Of a stretch of DNA of 35,609 nucleotides, positions 16,994-25,735 are shown piece by piece. Origin of the DNA: Candidatus Saccharimonadia bacterium (GTDB taxonomy: Bacteria > Patescibacteriota > Saccharimonadia > Saccharimonadales > Saccharimonadaceae); assembly GCA_023259925.1 (NCBI GenBank), contig JALRDS010000049.1, positions 1 to 35,609 on the forward strand, in the 5' to 3' direction. The translations under genes were made by a program, and so were the position numbers. Below the pieces are notes generated by a model, which was not told where the DNA came from, ran no database searches, and saw only the letters and a program-made list of their open reading frames with translations. Position 1 is the first letter of the stretch. Each line of letters starts with the position of its first letter.

Positions 16994-18859
16994 TTATGCG
17001 TGTAGCATAACCTCTTTCGGCAACGTTGCATCCTTCAATACATCGTTCACGATACTTTCTTCAATCGTTTCCTCTTTAAGAAGCGCAGCGGCGAGTGCAT
17101 CGAGATGTTTCATATTGTGTTTAATAACTGTCTCGGCACGCTTTGCTGCCTCTTTAATGAGCGCTTCTACTTCTTGGTCTATTTGTTTCGCCGTATCATC
17201 GCTATAAGGGCGCTCGTGAGTAATTTTATCGAACACCATACCGCCGTTGTCTTCGTGGAACACTTGATCGCGTAACGCCTTACCCATACCCTGCTCAATA
17301 ATCATATCGCGGGCTATTTCAGTAGCTTTACGAAGGTCACTACCTGCACCAGTAGTAATTCCGTCGTCACCGTATTTAATTTTTTCAGCTATACGGCCAC
17401 CCATTGCACGCGCTAGGATATCTTTAAATTCATACACGTTGGTATAACTTTTATCTTCAGGCGGCAGGAACCACGTAACACCCCCGGTACCACCGCGCGG
17501 AATGATGGTTACCTTGTGAACCGGATCAGAATCGGGCAGGATATGACCCACAATTGCATGGCCTGCTTCGTGATAGGCAGTGAGCTCACGTTCTTTTTCA
17601 TTCATCACCTTGGCTTTACGCTCAGGACCAATCGCTACTTTTTCAAATGCTTCAGTTAAATCTTTGTTTGAAATCATCTTTGCGTTTCGTCGAGCGGCAA
17701 TAATTGCTGCTTCGTTGGCGATGTTTGCTAAATCAGCCCCACTACTTCCGGCAGTCTTAGCGGCTAACTTATCTAGATTCACTGTTGGGTCAGTTGGTTT
17801 ATTTTTAAAATGCACCTTCAAGATTGCCTCACGGTCGCGTCGTTCTGGAAGCATAATATTAGTGCGGCGATCAAACCTGCCCGGCCGTAGCAAGGCTGGA
17901 TCGAGCACATCAGCACGGTTAGTTGCCGCGAGCACAATCACGTTAGTGCCGGTCTCGAAACCGTCCATCTCAACCAAAATTTGATTAAGTGTCTGTTCAC
18001 GCTCGTCATGGCCACCGCCCATTCCGCTACCACGCTTGCGGCCAACGGCATCAATTTCGTCAATGAAAATAATCGCCGGAGCGTTTTTCTTAGCTTTCGC
18101 AAACAGATCGCGCACACGACTAGCGCCCACACCGACAAACATTTCAACAAACTCAGAACCAGAAATACTAAAGAATGGCACGTTCGCCTCACCTGCCACG
18201 GCACGTGCAAGCATTGTTTTACCAGTACCAGGATGTCCCACAAGTAGCACACCTTTCGGAATCTTCGCACCAAGTTGTTGGTACTTTTTCGGATGCTTCA
18301 AAAAGTCCACTACCTCTTCAAGATCTTGTTTCGCCGACTCGTTACCAGCAATGTCAGCGAATACTACTTTTTCTTTATCTAAGCCGTATAGCTTTGCTTT
18401 GCTTTTTCCAAAGCCCATTGCCTGATTGTTCTGACCTTGCGCCTGACGCATCATGAATATAAATAATCCACCAATAAGAAGAACCGGCAGCAAAATACCT
18501 AAAATATTCCATACTACGTTACCAGCTTCAGATGGCTTAGATACCGACACTTCTACATCTGCATCAGTGTTTAAACCTTGCTCGTAAATACTTGAGCCAG
18601 CCTCTTTGATTGTTTTTTGCGTTGGCTCGTCTTGTCCGTCTGGAGTTACCTTTATGTTGTCGCCTTCTACCTGTAGCTTAGCAATCTCACCGTCGTTTGC
18701 GCGTTTAATAACACTCGAGAATGGCACTTCTTTTAAGTTCTCACGCGGTGACGTAAGAGCTATCGCTCCTAGTGTTCCAGCAACTAAAATAATCCAAAAG
18801 AGTGCCAGTCGCACCATATTTCCCATCTTTTTTCCGGAAGGTGGTTTTTTTGCAGCCAT
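16994..18859 (-). CDS. ftsH: ATP-dependent zinc metalloprotease FtsH
   Basis: 621 aa. Walker A GHPGTGKT, Walker [12 protein letters not shown] region, and zinc motif HEAGH. Confidence 0.97.
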   Translation of the reverse strand: MAAKKPPSGKKMGNMVRLALFWIILVAGTLGAIALTSPRENLKEVPFSSVIKRANDGEIAKLQVEGDNIKVTPDGQDEPTQKTIKEAGSSIYEQGLNTDADVEVSVSKPSEAGNVVWNILGILLPVLLIGGLFIFMMRQAQGQNNQAMGFGKSKAKLYGLDKEKVVFADIAGNESAKQDLEEVVDFLKHPKKYQQLGAKIPKGVLLVGHPGTGKTMLARAVAGEANVPFFSISGSEFVEMFVGVGASRVRDLFAKAKKNAPAIIFIDEIDAVGRKRGSGMGGGHDEREQTLNQILVEMDGFETGTNVIVLAATNRADVLDPALLRPGRFDRRTNIMLPERRDREAILKVHFKNKPTDPTVNLDKLAAKTAGSSGADLANIANEAAIIAARRNAKMISNKDLTEAFEKVAIGPERKAKVMNEKERELTAYHEAGHAIVGHILPDSDPVHKVTIIPRGGTGGVTWFLPPEDKSYTNVYEFKDILARAMGGRIAEKIKYGDDGITTGAGSDLRKATEIARDMIIEQGMGKALRDQVFHEDNGGMVFDKITHERPYSDDTAKQIDQEVEALIKEAAKRAETVIKHNMKHLDALAAALLKEETIEESIVNDVLKDATLPKEVMLHA

Positions 18860-18938
18860 AAATTGTTTTCTGTATCCTTTCTTATCGATTCGGTCTAATG
18901 CTGTAAGTCATTAAAAGTCACTCTTATAAATATAACAG

Positions 18939-19769
18939 TTATAGGGGTGAATTGACAATGAATTCACGGTTGGTAAATCGAACATAAACCCCTTGACCAG
19001 CTTCAAATATAGTCCCAGGCTTTGCAGTTTTAATAGCGTGCAGTAACCGTTCACGTTGTGGGCGAGTGAGTGACAAACCCTGCCGCTTCAATGTGGCTCG
19101 CAGCAACTCCTGGGCCGTTGACACGTCAATCATTGTCATGAAGTAGCGTGAACCGGTGTTAAATTTCAAAGTTTCGCTATCAATGTCTGCCATAAGACGT
19201 TTTTGTGAGGTAAATAAGTCAAATAGCCGCAACCTACTTGCTTCGCTCAGTGTAGATACCCTCGAACGGATGCGGTTTCGTAGATACGCATCGGTTGCAT
19301 TTGTCTCATCTTCTACCCATTCCAATTTGCTTTGCAGGGCATAGCTATACAATTCCTGTTTTCGACGGTTGAGTAATGGTCGAATCACTTCAGTATTATT
19401 TAGCACGGCGAGTCCTCGCCAGCCAGTCCCGCGTAGTATATTTATTACAATTGTCTCAATTACGTCATCTTGATGATGTGCAGTGACAATCTTTGCGCTG
19501 TATTTTTTTGCGAGCTCAAACAAAAAGGCGTACCGCGCCTCACGTGCCGCGGCCTCACTCGCACCTGGCCCCAGCTCTACACGCTTTGTCTCATATGGTA
19601 ACCGATAGAATTTTGCGAGCGCCTCAACAAAACGTGCATCTGCCGCAGAATTTTCACGAATCCCATGATCAAAGTGAGCAACAATCACCTGGTGCTCATG
19701 TTTTTTTGCCATCATAGCTAGCAACACTACCGAATCCACCCCGCCGCTCACTGCGAGAATATATTTCAT
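18939..19769 (-). CDS. tilS: tRNA(Ile)-lysidine synthase TilS (short form)
   Basis: 276 aa with PP-loop SGGVDS and the canonical position upstream of ftsH. TATACT (19781..19776) lies 6 nt before ATG 19769. Confidence 0.88.
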   Translation of the reverse strand: MKYILAVSGGVDSVVLLAMMAKKHEHQVIVAHFDHGIRENSAADARFVEALAKFYRLPYETKRVELGPGASEAAAREARYAFLFELAKKYSAKIVTAHHQDDVIETIVINILRGTGWRGLAVLNNTEVIRPLLNRRKQELYSYALQSKLEWVEDETNATDAYLRNRIRSRVSTLSEASRLRLFDLFTSQKRLMADIDSETLKFNTGSRYFMTMIDVSTAQELLRATLKRQGLSLTRPQRERLLHAIKTAKPGTIFEAGQGVYVRFTNREFIVNSPL

Positions 19770-19804
19770 AGATTCAGTATACCGAATCTATATAAAAATA
19801 CTCC

Positions 19805-20434
19805 TTACCGTAGGGGAATCCAGCAGGCACTGTCATCTTCAAATGCGTACGAACGTGTTACAGAGCTATTCGTAACCAGGTGTGGCCAATTGACTCGCTC
19901 ATAAAAGGGCCCTACTGGGCAGGTGTCGCCATTAACGGCGTACACAATCCAGTCGTGCTGAGGATTTCCATCTAGAGTAGCTGCTGGATTGTAGTAATAT
20001 GTGGCACCTTGCAAGCCGATGTAGCCGCTACCGGGTACTAAAGCATAAAAATCAGGCACGGACCCCTTTTGAACATATTTATCAAGTAAATTATTTAATG
20101 ATGTACTTACTGTCCATACGCTACCGTTATAGTTCCATCGACAATCCTGACTTCCGTCTCCGGTGCGATCTATATATCCATTACCAATGCAGCCAGAAAT
20201 TTGAGGATACTGACCTTCAGCAGCTTTATATGCTTGCAATGTTTTTACTGCCATATTCGCAAAACTCGCCGTTTCGCTCACGGAGGCCCTGGCCTGGATG
20301 CCGTTATAGGCCACGACTGAAATTGCGGCAAGAATCGCAATTACGACAATTACTATCAATAGTTCGACTATGGTAAACGCCAGATTTTTCTCAGGATATG
20401 GCTTCTGTAATTCAAAACTATACCCTATGTGCAT
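19805..20434 (-). CDS. type IV pilin-like protein with atypical leader (Ala at -1)
   Basis: MHIGYSFELQKPYPEKNLA/FTIVELLIVIVVIAILAAISVVAYNGIQ. Overlaps the upstream pilin by 10 nt. Confidence 0.75.
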   Translation of the reverse strand: MHIGYSFELQKPYPEKNLAFTIVELLIVIVVIAILAAISVVAYNGIQARASVSETASFANMAVKTLQAYKAAEGQYPQISGCIGNGYIDRTGDGSQDCRWNYNGSVWTVSTSLNNLLDKYVQKGSVPDFYALVPGSGYIGLQGATYYYNPAATLDGNPQHDWIVYAVNGDTCPVGPFYERVNWPHLVTNSSVTRSYAFEDDSACWIPLR

Positions 20435-20901
20435 GATGGACTCACGTTTGCAAAATAAACAATTAACGATGGATCCTGTGTTGACCAGATTCTATCCTGA
20501 CGGCAATCAGTTGCCGATGACTCACCTTCATTCTCGTCCATCCGATAGTAATTTCCCCAAGGATCGCCTTTCTTAAGACTTGTAATATCAATGCCACTCG
20601 CCGAAGAGATATCATCAATTGAGTTATTCATTCTTGTTTGAGAAACGCTTGAATTACCATCCCCCGTCACCCCAAGCAATGTTGTACCCCTGTTAATTCT
20701 TGCCACCTCAACGGCTTTTGCAAAATTATTCAGTTCAGATTTTGCCGCACTCATCCTGCCACGTTGCTGTATGCCGTTGTATGCCACAACTGAAATAGAT
20801 GCCAAGATGGCGATAACTACAATAACAATAAGTAATTCAACTATCGTAAACCCGTATCTACTGTATTGATTTTTAGAAAAGTGTCTCATGATGCCCTTCA
20901 T
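20425..20901 (-). CDS. type IV pilin-like protein
   Basis: ...SKNQYSRYG/FTIVELLIVIVVIAILASISVVAYNGIQ. An alternative start is Met 20889, which has a GAAGGG SD. Confidence 0.85.
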   Translation of the reverse strand: MKGIMRHFSKNQYSRYGFTIVELLIVIVVIAILASISVVAYNGIQQRGRMSAAKSELNNFAKAVEVARINRGTTLLGVTGDGNSSVSQTRMNNSIDDISSASGIDITSLKKGDPWGNYYRMDENEGESSATDCRQDRIWSTQDPSLIVYFANVSPSCT

Positions 20902-20957
20902 TGCTCTTTTCTTTATTTGTTATGCTTATTGTACCCTAGGATTTCAATAGGTCAAAA

Positions 20958-22199
20958 TCACCCCATATATCTGGTTGATCCAAAGGGGATTCGCTCTTTT
21001 ACGTAAAAATCTGTACCCAGTGTATCTGCCGAATGAATTACGCGCTTGCCATAGCGACTATTTATGTCATCTACTGCACTAGTAAGTGCCCGTTCTTTTG
21101 CAATGTCATCACCAAATAAACTTAGCTGAGCAATGTGCGCATCCGCTGGCTGCAAACCGTAACAACTAACGGCAATCATTTTAATACCCTCAGGCGCCGC
21201 GGCAAACAATTTATTCGCCTGCGCATAAATTGCCTCGTTAGAAAAGAAGGGGAGTGGTGCCATTGTTTTGGCGTGCCAACCGCCGTAGTCGTATGTGCGA
21301 ACGTACACCATAACACCTCGCGCTACCATTCCCTTAGAGCGTACTTTTGCACCAGTTTCCTCACACAGATGATGCAATCGTTGCAATACTTTCTCTTTTG
21401 GCATGCGATATCCGTCGAGTACATACTGCCGCCCGGCGCTTTTGAGCGGGAAATCTCGCTTATCCACCTCCCAACCTCGTAGTCGTCTGTACCAATAACT
21501 ACCGTCTACGCTTTTAAACACTATCTTTCGAAGCACCGTCTCATCGGCATCTAAAAATTGCAAAGGAGTAAAGATACCTACCGCGTTTAATCGTTTCTCC
21601 ATACGGCCAGCTATGCCTGTTAGATCGGTTAATTTCAGTGCCTCGTACACTTGCCGTAAGTTTTGCACGGTTATTACATCTAGTCCGTTTGGTTTCCGTA
21701 ACCCAGCCGCCGTTTTTGCTAAAAACCGATTCGTACCAATACCTACATTGCAATTCATCGCCTCGCCCACTTCCGTCCACAAACGCTGTTTTATCTCGTG
21801 CCCTATGTCTACCAGATTACGCTGGGCGATTTCCTGAGTGGTTTCGCTAAAGTCTATAATTCCTTCATCAATACTCTTCATACGCACATGGGCCGAGTAG
21901 TCATTCATAATGCGCATTAGCTGATGGTACACGTACTTATATTTTGGCGGGTCACTCTCGAGCCATACTAAGTCCGGGCACAGCCGGCGCGCTTCCTTGA
22001 TCGACATGCCAAGTGTTACCCCGCATGCCTTTGCCTCATAGCTACACGTAATAATCGAAGTATTTTCAATCCGACGATTTACAATTGCAACTGGCCTACC
22101 TCGCAGCATGGGCCGAGCCTGTTGCTCAACAGTAGCAAAACAGCTATTCAGGTCTATATGCATAACGCTAGGCTTGGCGGAATTGTACGCGTCCATCAT
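20958..22199 (-). CDS. Y-family DNA polymerase (DinB/UmuC class), catalytic residues present
   Basis: 413 aa. The HIDLNSCFATVEQ and SIDEGIIDFS motifs correspond to the catalytic Asp and the Asp-Glu pair of DinB-type enzymes. Confidence 0.88.
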   Translation of the reverse strand: MMDAYNSAKPSVMHIDLNSCFATVEQQARPMLRGRPVAIVNRRIENTSIITCSYEAKACGVTLGMSIKEARRLCPDLVWLESDPPKYKYVYHQLMRIMNDYSAHVRMKSIDEGIIDFSETTQEIAQRNLVDIGHEIKQRLWTEVGEAMNCNVGIGTNRFLAKTAAGLRKPNGLDVITVQNLRQVYEALKLTDLTGIAGRMEKRLNAVGIFTPLQFLDADETVLRKIVFKSVDGSYWYRRLRGWEVDKRDFPLKSAGRQYVLDGYRMPKEKVLQRLHHLCEETGAKVRSKGMVARGVMVYVRTYDYGGWHAKTMAPLPFFSNEAIYAQANKLFAAAPEGIKMIAVSCYGLQPADAHIAQLSLFGDDIAKERALTSAVDDINSRYGKRVIHSADTLGTDFYVKERIPFGSTRYMG

Positions 22200-22459
22200 A
22201 GTCTATCCGCCTCAATCGTTAAGCGCCAGGTGAGCCGTTCAGCATCAAATTCAAGCCGGTAATCAGCACAACCGTCGGTAACATCAAACATATGCAGCAT
22301 ACGTTTACCGTGTGCTACCGGGTGGCGTAGGCCTATTTTTGTAATTGTTATGTCTTGCCCATTTTTGCGGCGAAACCGTATAGGCTCACACATGGTTCGC
22401 CCGGGGCGAAATACCGCCACTACGTCAACTTGTTCATTTAAAAAAGTTTCATCATTCAC
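22196..22459 (-). CDS. 87-aa protein of unknown function, translationally coupled to the Y-family polymerase
   Basis: GTG start at 22459 with GGAG 10 nt upstream. Its stop overlaps the polymerase ATG (ATGA). I recognise no family. Confidence 0.6.
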   Translation of the reverse strand: MNDETFLNEQVDVVAVFRPGRTMCEPIRFRRKNGQDITITKIGLRHPVAHGKRMLHMFDVTDGCADYRLEFDAERLTWRLTIEADRL

Positions 22460-22492
22460 GAGTAAAATTCTCCAAATAGTTTATTGAAGAAA

Positions 22493-22510
22493 CGATTCAG
22501 TACTGATTCG
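22493..22510. promoter_or_regulatory. operator-like 18-bp imperfect palindrome upstream of the 87-aa ORF / polymerase pair
   Basis: CGATTCAGTACTGATTCG. The core TCAGTACTGA (22497-22506) is a perfect palindrome, and 16 of 18 positions are symmetric. It lies about 35-50 nt upstream of the GTG start. Confidence 0.4.
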
Positions 22511-22629
22511 CCCGTCCTATGATAGCCCGTTTCTTTAGCTAGATAGTCCGAAGACGATGTGAATGATAGCCCTTAGGAGGGACGCTTTACTACATAGAAT
22601 AGTCAGTGTGTATCGCTATGGAAGTACTT

Positions 22630-23430
22630 TTAGTATACTCCTGATCGCAACCGACTCGCAAGTACGGACGGCATTACGCATGGAATGTGATGGCCTGTTT
22701 TGACGGTCTCGAGACTAACTGCCGGACTAAGCGTAATACGGTGCGCTAAGTTTTCAAGATACACACTGCGATCATCAATACCAGCTAGCAACAGTGTCCG
22801 TACTCGCACCGAGGCTAAGTCGATGTCCGCACTTGCGTCGGCAATAATTTTTTGAAATGATCGAAGGCGCGAGAAAGAAGTGTGCTGAAAAAAATATGCA
22901 TTTTCTTGAAGACGCTTCACTGTTTTGCCGGACAATAATCGTAAGCGAAATAATGATCGAAATATCGCCCAGGCTATCCTATGGGTATATGGACGAAGGC
23001 CGTAGCGATACGCAAAACTTGTACTACCAATCTCTTCGTACACTTGCTTTTTACCAAGCATTACAGGCATATTTACTAGCACTAAGCGACTTACTTTAGA
23101 CTCAAATAGCCTCGCGTAGCGTAGCGCAATTAATGACCCCATAGAATGTCCAACTAAGGTAAAAGGTTTTGTTACGCCAAGATGATGCAACGTTGCTTCA
23201 ATACTTGCAATGTGATCATCATAGTCATATCGGCTGCGACGGGGCTTAGGAGATTCACCAAAACCTAAGAGATCGAGTGCGATAACTGTATGGTCTTTCT
23301 CGGAAATAGCAGCTACTGATCGCCAATACTCCGAGGAAGAAAGAAAACCGTGCAGCAGCACAACAACAGGACCACTCCCGCTTACGCGAGAGTGAAGTAG
23401 TAGTTTTTCTGGCACATGTCGTCGTCCCAT
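22630..23430 (-). CDS. alpha/beta-fold hydrolase
   Basis: 266 aa with HGFLSS oxyanion region and nucleophile elbow GHSMGS. The upstream gene's stop lies 1 nt before this gene's start codon. Confidence 0.85.
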   Translation of the reverse strand: MGRRHVPEKLLLHSRVSGSGPVVVLLHGFLSSSEYWRSVAAISEKDHTVIALDLLGFGESPKPRRSRYDYDDHIASIEATLHHLGVTKPFTLVGHSMGSLIALRYARLFESKVSRLVLVNMPVMLGKKQVYEEIGSTSFAYRYGLRPYTHRIAWAIFRSLFRLRLLSGKTVKRLQENAYFFQHTSFSRLRSFQKIIADASADIDLASVRVRTLLLAGIDDRSVYLENLAHRITLSPAVSLETVKTGHHIPCVMPSVLASRLRSGVY

Positions 23431-23431
23431 A

Positions 23432-23956
23432 TTACTCTATTTTTATATCCTCAAGTTTCTTACTTTTGTCGTACACAATTACCGTAATTGCGTAGTCGTG
23501 ATTGTAATTGTCGTGAAAATTGTACTTACCAATATTATTAAACTGCACTAAGTACCCTTCATCAGCTGCGAACACCCCTGAGTCAAGCATTGATCGAGAC
23601 TCACCGTGCTCTTCACCATGTACAGCATCAGCATACGCGTCATGACCATGATTTTCGGTTGGCTTACCTTCAATAATTTGGTGCTCACTGCCGTCTTTGC
23701 TATTAAACTGCACATAGTCACCAAGGTCTATAAGCAAATCAACAGGTTCAGTCCGATCTTTCGTCAAAGAAACAATATGAGGATTCTCTTTCGACCCGAG
23801 GCCACTAGAAGAATTTGCTGATTCAGATGCATTAGCCAGTGACGCAGAACTGTCACTACGCAGTGAATAAGCAGCTACGAAACTTATTACTGCAACTAAT
23901 AAGCCTCCAGCGAGAATCGGTACAATAAAACGGATGTGAGATTTATTCGACGACAT
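23432..23956 (-). CDS. membrane-anchored cupredoxin-like protein lacking the Cys ligand, His-rich insert
   Basis: 174 aa with an N-terminal TM segment. Beta-rich C-terminal domain (YVQFNSKDGSEHQI ... KYNFHDNYNHDYAITVIVY) and a His-rich stretch HGHDAYADAVHGEEHGE. Overlaps the upstream cupredoxin gene by 14 nt. Confidence 0.45.
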   Translation of the reverse strand: MSSNKSHIRFIVPILAGGLLVAVISFVAAYSLRSDSSASLANASESANSSSGLGSKENPHIVSLTKDRTEPVDLLIDLGDYVQFNSKDGSEHQIIEGKPTENHGHDAYADAVHGEEHGESRSMLDSGVFAADEGYLVQFNNIGKYNFHDNYNHDYAITVIVYDKSKKLEDIKIE

Positions 23957-24374
23957 TAATTGTTCCTTTCATGTACGGATGAGGTTCGCAAATATAGGTT
24001 ACTTTTCCCACGGTTTCGAAAGTGTAGCTATAGCTTTCACCCGTAGCCAATAGCTTACTTTTTGGGCCAGTATCGGATGTAGTCACTACATTATGGTGAG
24101 CTTCGTCCTGGTTTGTCCATGTAATTGTCGTACCTTTTTTAATGGTGATATCAGGCATTGCAAAATCAAAATCTACGATATCCATATTGATCTGACTTTT
24201 AGCGGTCAGGTCTTGATTGCCCATCGCCATATTATTAGATTTCGTCGCTTTATCTTCTGACATAGTCATATTATTCATTGAACCAGACTGATCGCTATTG
24301 AATTGGCTTGCAGCGGCTACACCGACTACCCCAAGTACAACGAGAACAGCCACGATTATGATTGAGTTTTTCAT
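23943..24374 (-). CDS. type 1 (blue) copper protein, amicyanin/plastocyanin-like cupredoxin, membrane anchored
   Basis: 143 aa. N-terminal TM segment and a Met-rich linker (SGSMNNMTMSEDKATKSNNMAMGN). His in AHHNVV plus the ligand loop YICEPHPYM (C-x2-H-x2-M, as in amicyanin). Confidence 0.8.
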   Translation of the reverse strand: MKNSIIIVAVLVVLGVVGVAAASQFNSDQSGSMNNMTMSEDKATKSNNMAMGNQDLTAKSQINMDIVDFDFAMPDITIKKGTTITWTNQDEAHHNVVTTSDTGPKSKLLATGESYSYTFETVGKVTYICEPHPYMKGTINVVE

Positions 24375-24427
24375 TGTATATGCTCCTTCTTCATGTCAAT
24401 TCTTATTGTACCGTTCTGCGCTGTAAT

Positions 24428-24455
24428 GGCAGGGGCTCGTGGAGACACCCCTGCC
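24428..24455 (-). terminator. GC-rich hairpin after the 223-aa gene
   Basis: GGCAGGGG (24428-24435) / CCCCTGCC (24448-24455) with a 12-nt loop. No clear U-tract. Confidence 0.45.
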
Positions 24456-24475
24456 GAACGCATTATCGTAGATAA

Positions 24476-25147
24476 TTAGAATTTCTCTGGGTATTGTTTA
24501 ACAATTGCGCCTGAAAGAGTGTCGGCAATCTTGTTGGTAATTTGCGTACGAGCGCGTGATTGTGCATCGTAAGAACCAGCAAAGTCGCCAGCGCCATGCT
24601 TATCAACTGCCTCTTTAAGCAGACCTACGTGTTCAGTTACCAACTGTGCAACTGCTTCTTTAGGAAGGTTTGGGTTTGCTTCGCTAAGGAATGTCGAGAT
24701 AGCTTCTACATAACCGTTAAGGTTCTGTACGGCTTTGTCCATACCCGCTTTATCACCAGCCTTAGCAGCAACAGTGTAGTCTACAAAGAAGCCAATGTGA
24801 CTAGCCCAAATTTCTTTAAACTGCTCACCGGCATCATCACCATAAACACTAGCGATTGCCGCTGAAATGTCGTCGGTGTTCTTACTTAGTGCACCTGCTG
24901 CAGCTTCGAATGATGGATCACCATCAAAGCCTGCTCGAGTTGCTGCGCTCGCCAAGTCAACGTGCTCTGACTCAAGATTGTTGAGTGCTGCACGAAGATC
25001 AGCTGCTTTTGTTGATGTGGAAACATCAGCCATTTGGCCGCCATCCATCTCATTCATGCCAGCAACCGCATACCCAACACCACCACCGACTGCCAAGCCA
25101 AGAGCAAGTGTCACAACTGCGACTACTACTTTATTGTGAGATTCCAT
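24476..25147 (-). CDS. membrane-anchored Ala-rich helical protein, unknown function
   Basis: 223 aa with an N-terminal TM segment (VVVAVVTLALGLAVGGGVGYAVAG) and an AGGAGG SD. The helical body appears to have two similar halves. Confidence 0.7.
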   Translation of the reverse strand: MESHNKVVVAVVTLALGLAVGGGVGYAVAGMNEMDGGQMADVSTSTKAADLRAALNNLESEHVDLASAATRAGFDGDPSFEAAAGALSKNTDDISAAIASVYGDDAGEQFKEIWASHIGFFVDYTVAAKAGDKAGMDKAVQNLNGYVEAISTFLSEANPNLPKEAVAQLVTEHVGLLKEAVDKHGAGDFAGSYDAQSRARTQITNKIADTLSGAIVKQYPEKF

Positions 25148-25244
25148 ATGAATCCTCCTTTTAATTTAATTATTGTCGCCAAGCTGTAAGCGCTAATTAC
25201 TTAACTTTACAAACTTAACTATTTACTATAGTATTATATAAGTA

Positions 25245-25724
25245 ATGTCTGCGTCAACAAATTCATCAAATATTAATATCGCCCAGATTGCGACGTATCA
25301 ATCTGGTATTATTCAGGCATCCGCTCACCGTATCATCAATCGCATAGTGTCTGACTACCTACTACGTCACGGCCTTACTGCTATGCAGTGGTTTGCCATC
25401 GGTACAATTCATGATGCCGGCGAGCAAGGCGTACGACTATCAGACCTTAATCGCAAACTTTCCACCACACTACCATACGTAACTAACATGGTAACCCTCC
25501 TTGAGAGCAAGGGCGCTATTCTTAAAGTGGCACATGGTGGTGACTCACGAATCAAGTTGGTAAAAATTAACCCCAGCTACATCTCCACAGTAAAGCAAAT
25601 TGAATCCGAATTACGTGATCACATGCGCACAAACTTATACACCGGAGATGGCGTTACTCGTGAAGAGTTATCATCGTACATCGCCGTACTTTACAAAATT
25701 GTTCGCAATTCAGACTACGTATAG
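25245..25724 (+). CDS. MarR-family transcriptional regulator
   Basis: 159 aa with a winged-HTH core (LTAMQWFAIGTIHDAGEQGVRLSDLNRKLSTTLPYVTNMVTLLESKGAILKV). Divergent from the 24476..25147 gene. Confidence 0.85.
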   Translation: MSASTNSSNINIAQIATYQSGIIQASAHRIINRIVSDYLLRHGLTAMQWFAIGTIHDAGEQGVRLSDLNRKLSTTLPYVTNMVTLLESKGAILKVAHGGDSRIKLVKINPSYISTVKQIESELRDHMRTNLYTGDGVTREELSSYIAVLYKIVRNSDYV

Positions 25725-25735
25725 CACATAATATT

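Noticed and set aside
24476-25147. Horizontal transfer of the Ala-rich 223-aa gene, judged from composition
   Set aside because: The gene looks only slightly more G+C rich by eye. The Ala and Gly richness of the protein explains this. Without computed GC or codon statistics the claim is not supportable.
25148-25244. MarR operator in the divergent intergenic region (ACTTAACT direct repeats, TAATTA and AGCGCT palindromes)
   Set aside because: The region is very A/T rich and the candidate repeats are short (6-8 nt), which is expected by chance. I could not define a convincing inverted repeat of MarR-box length.
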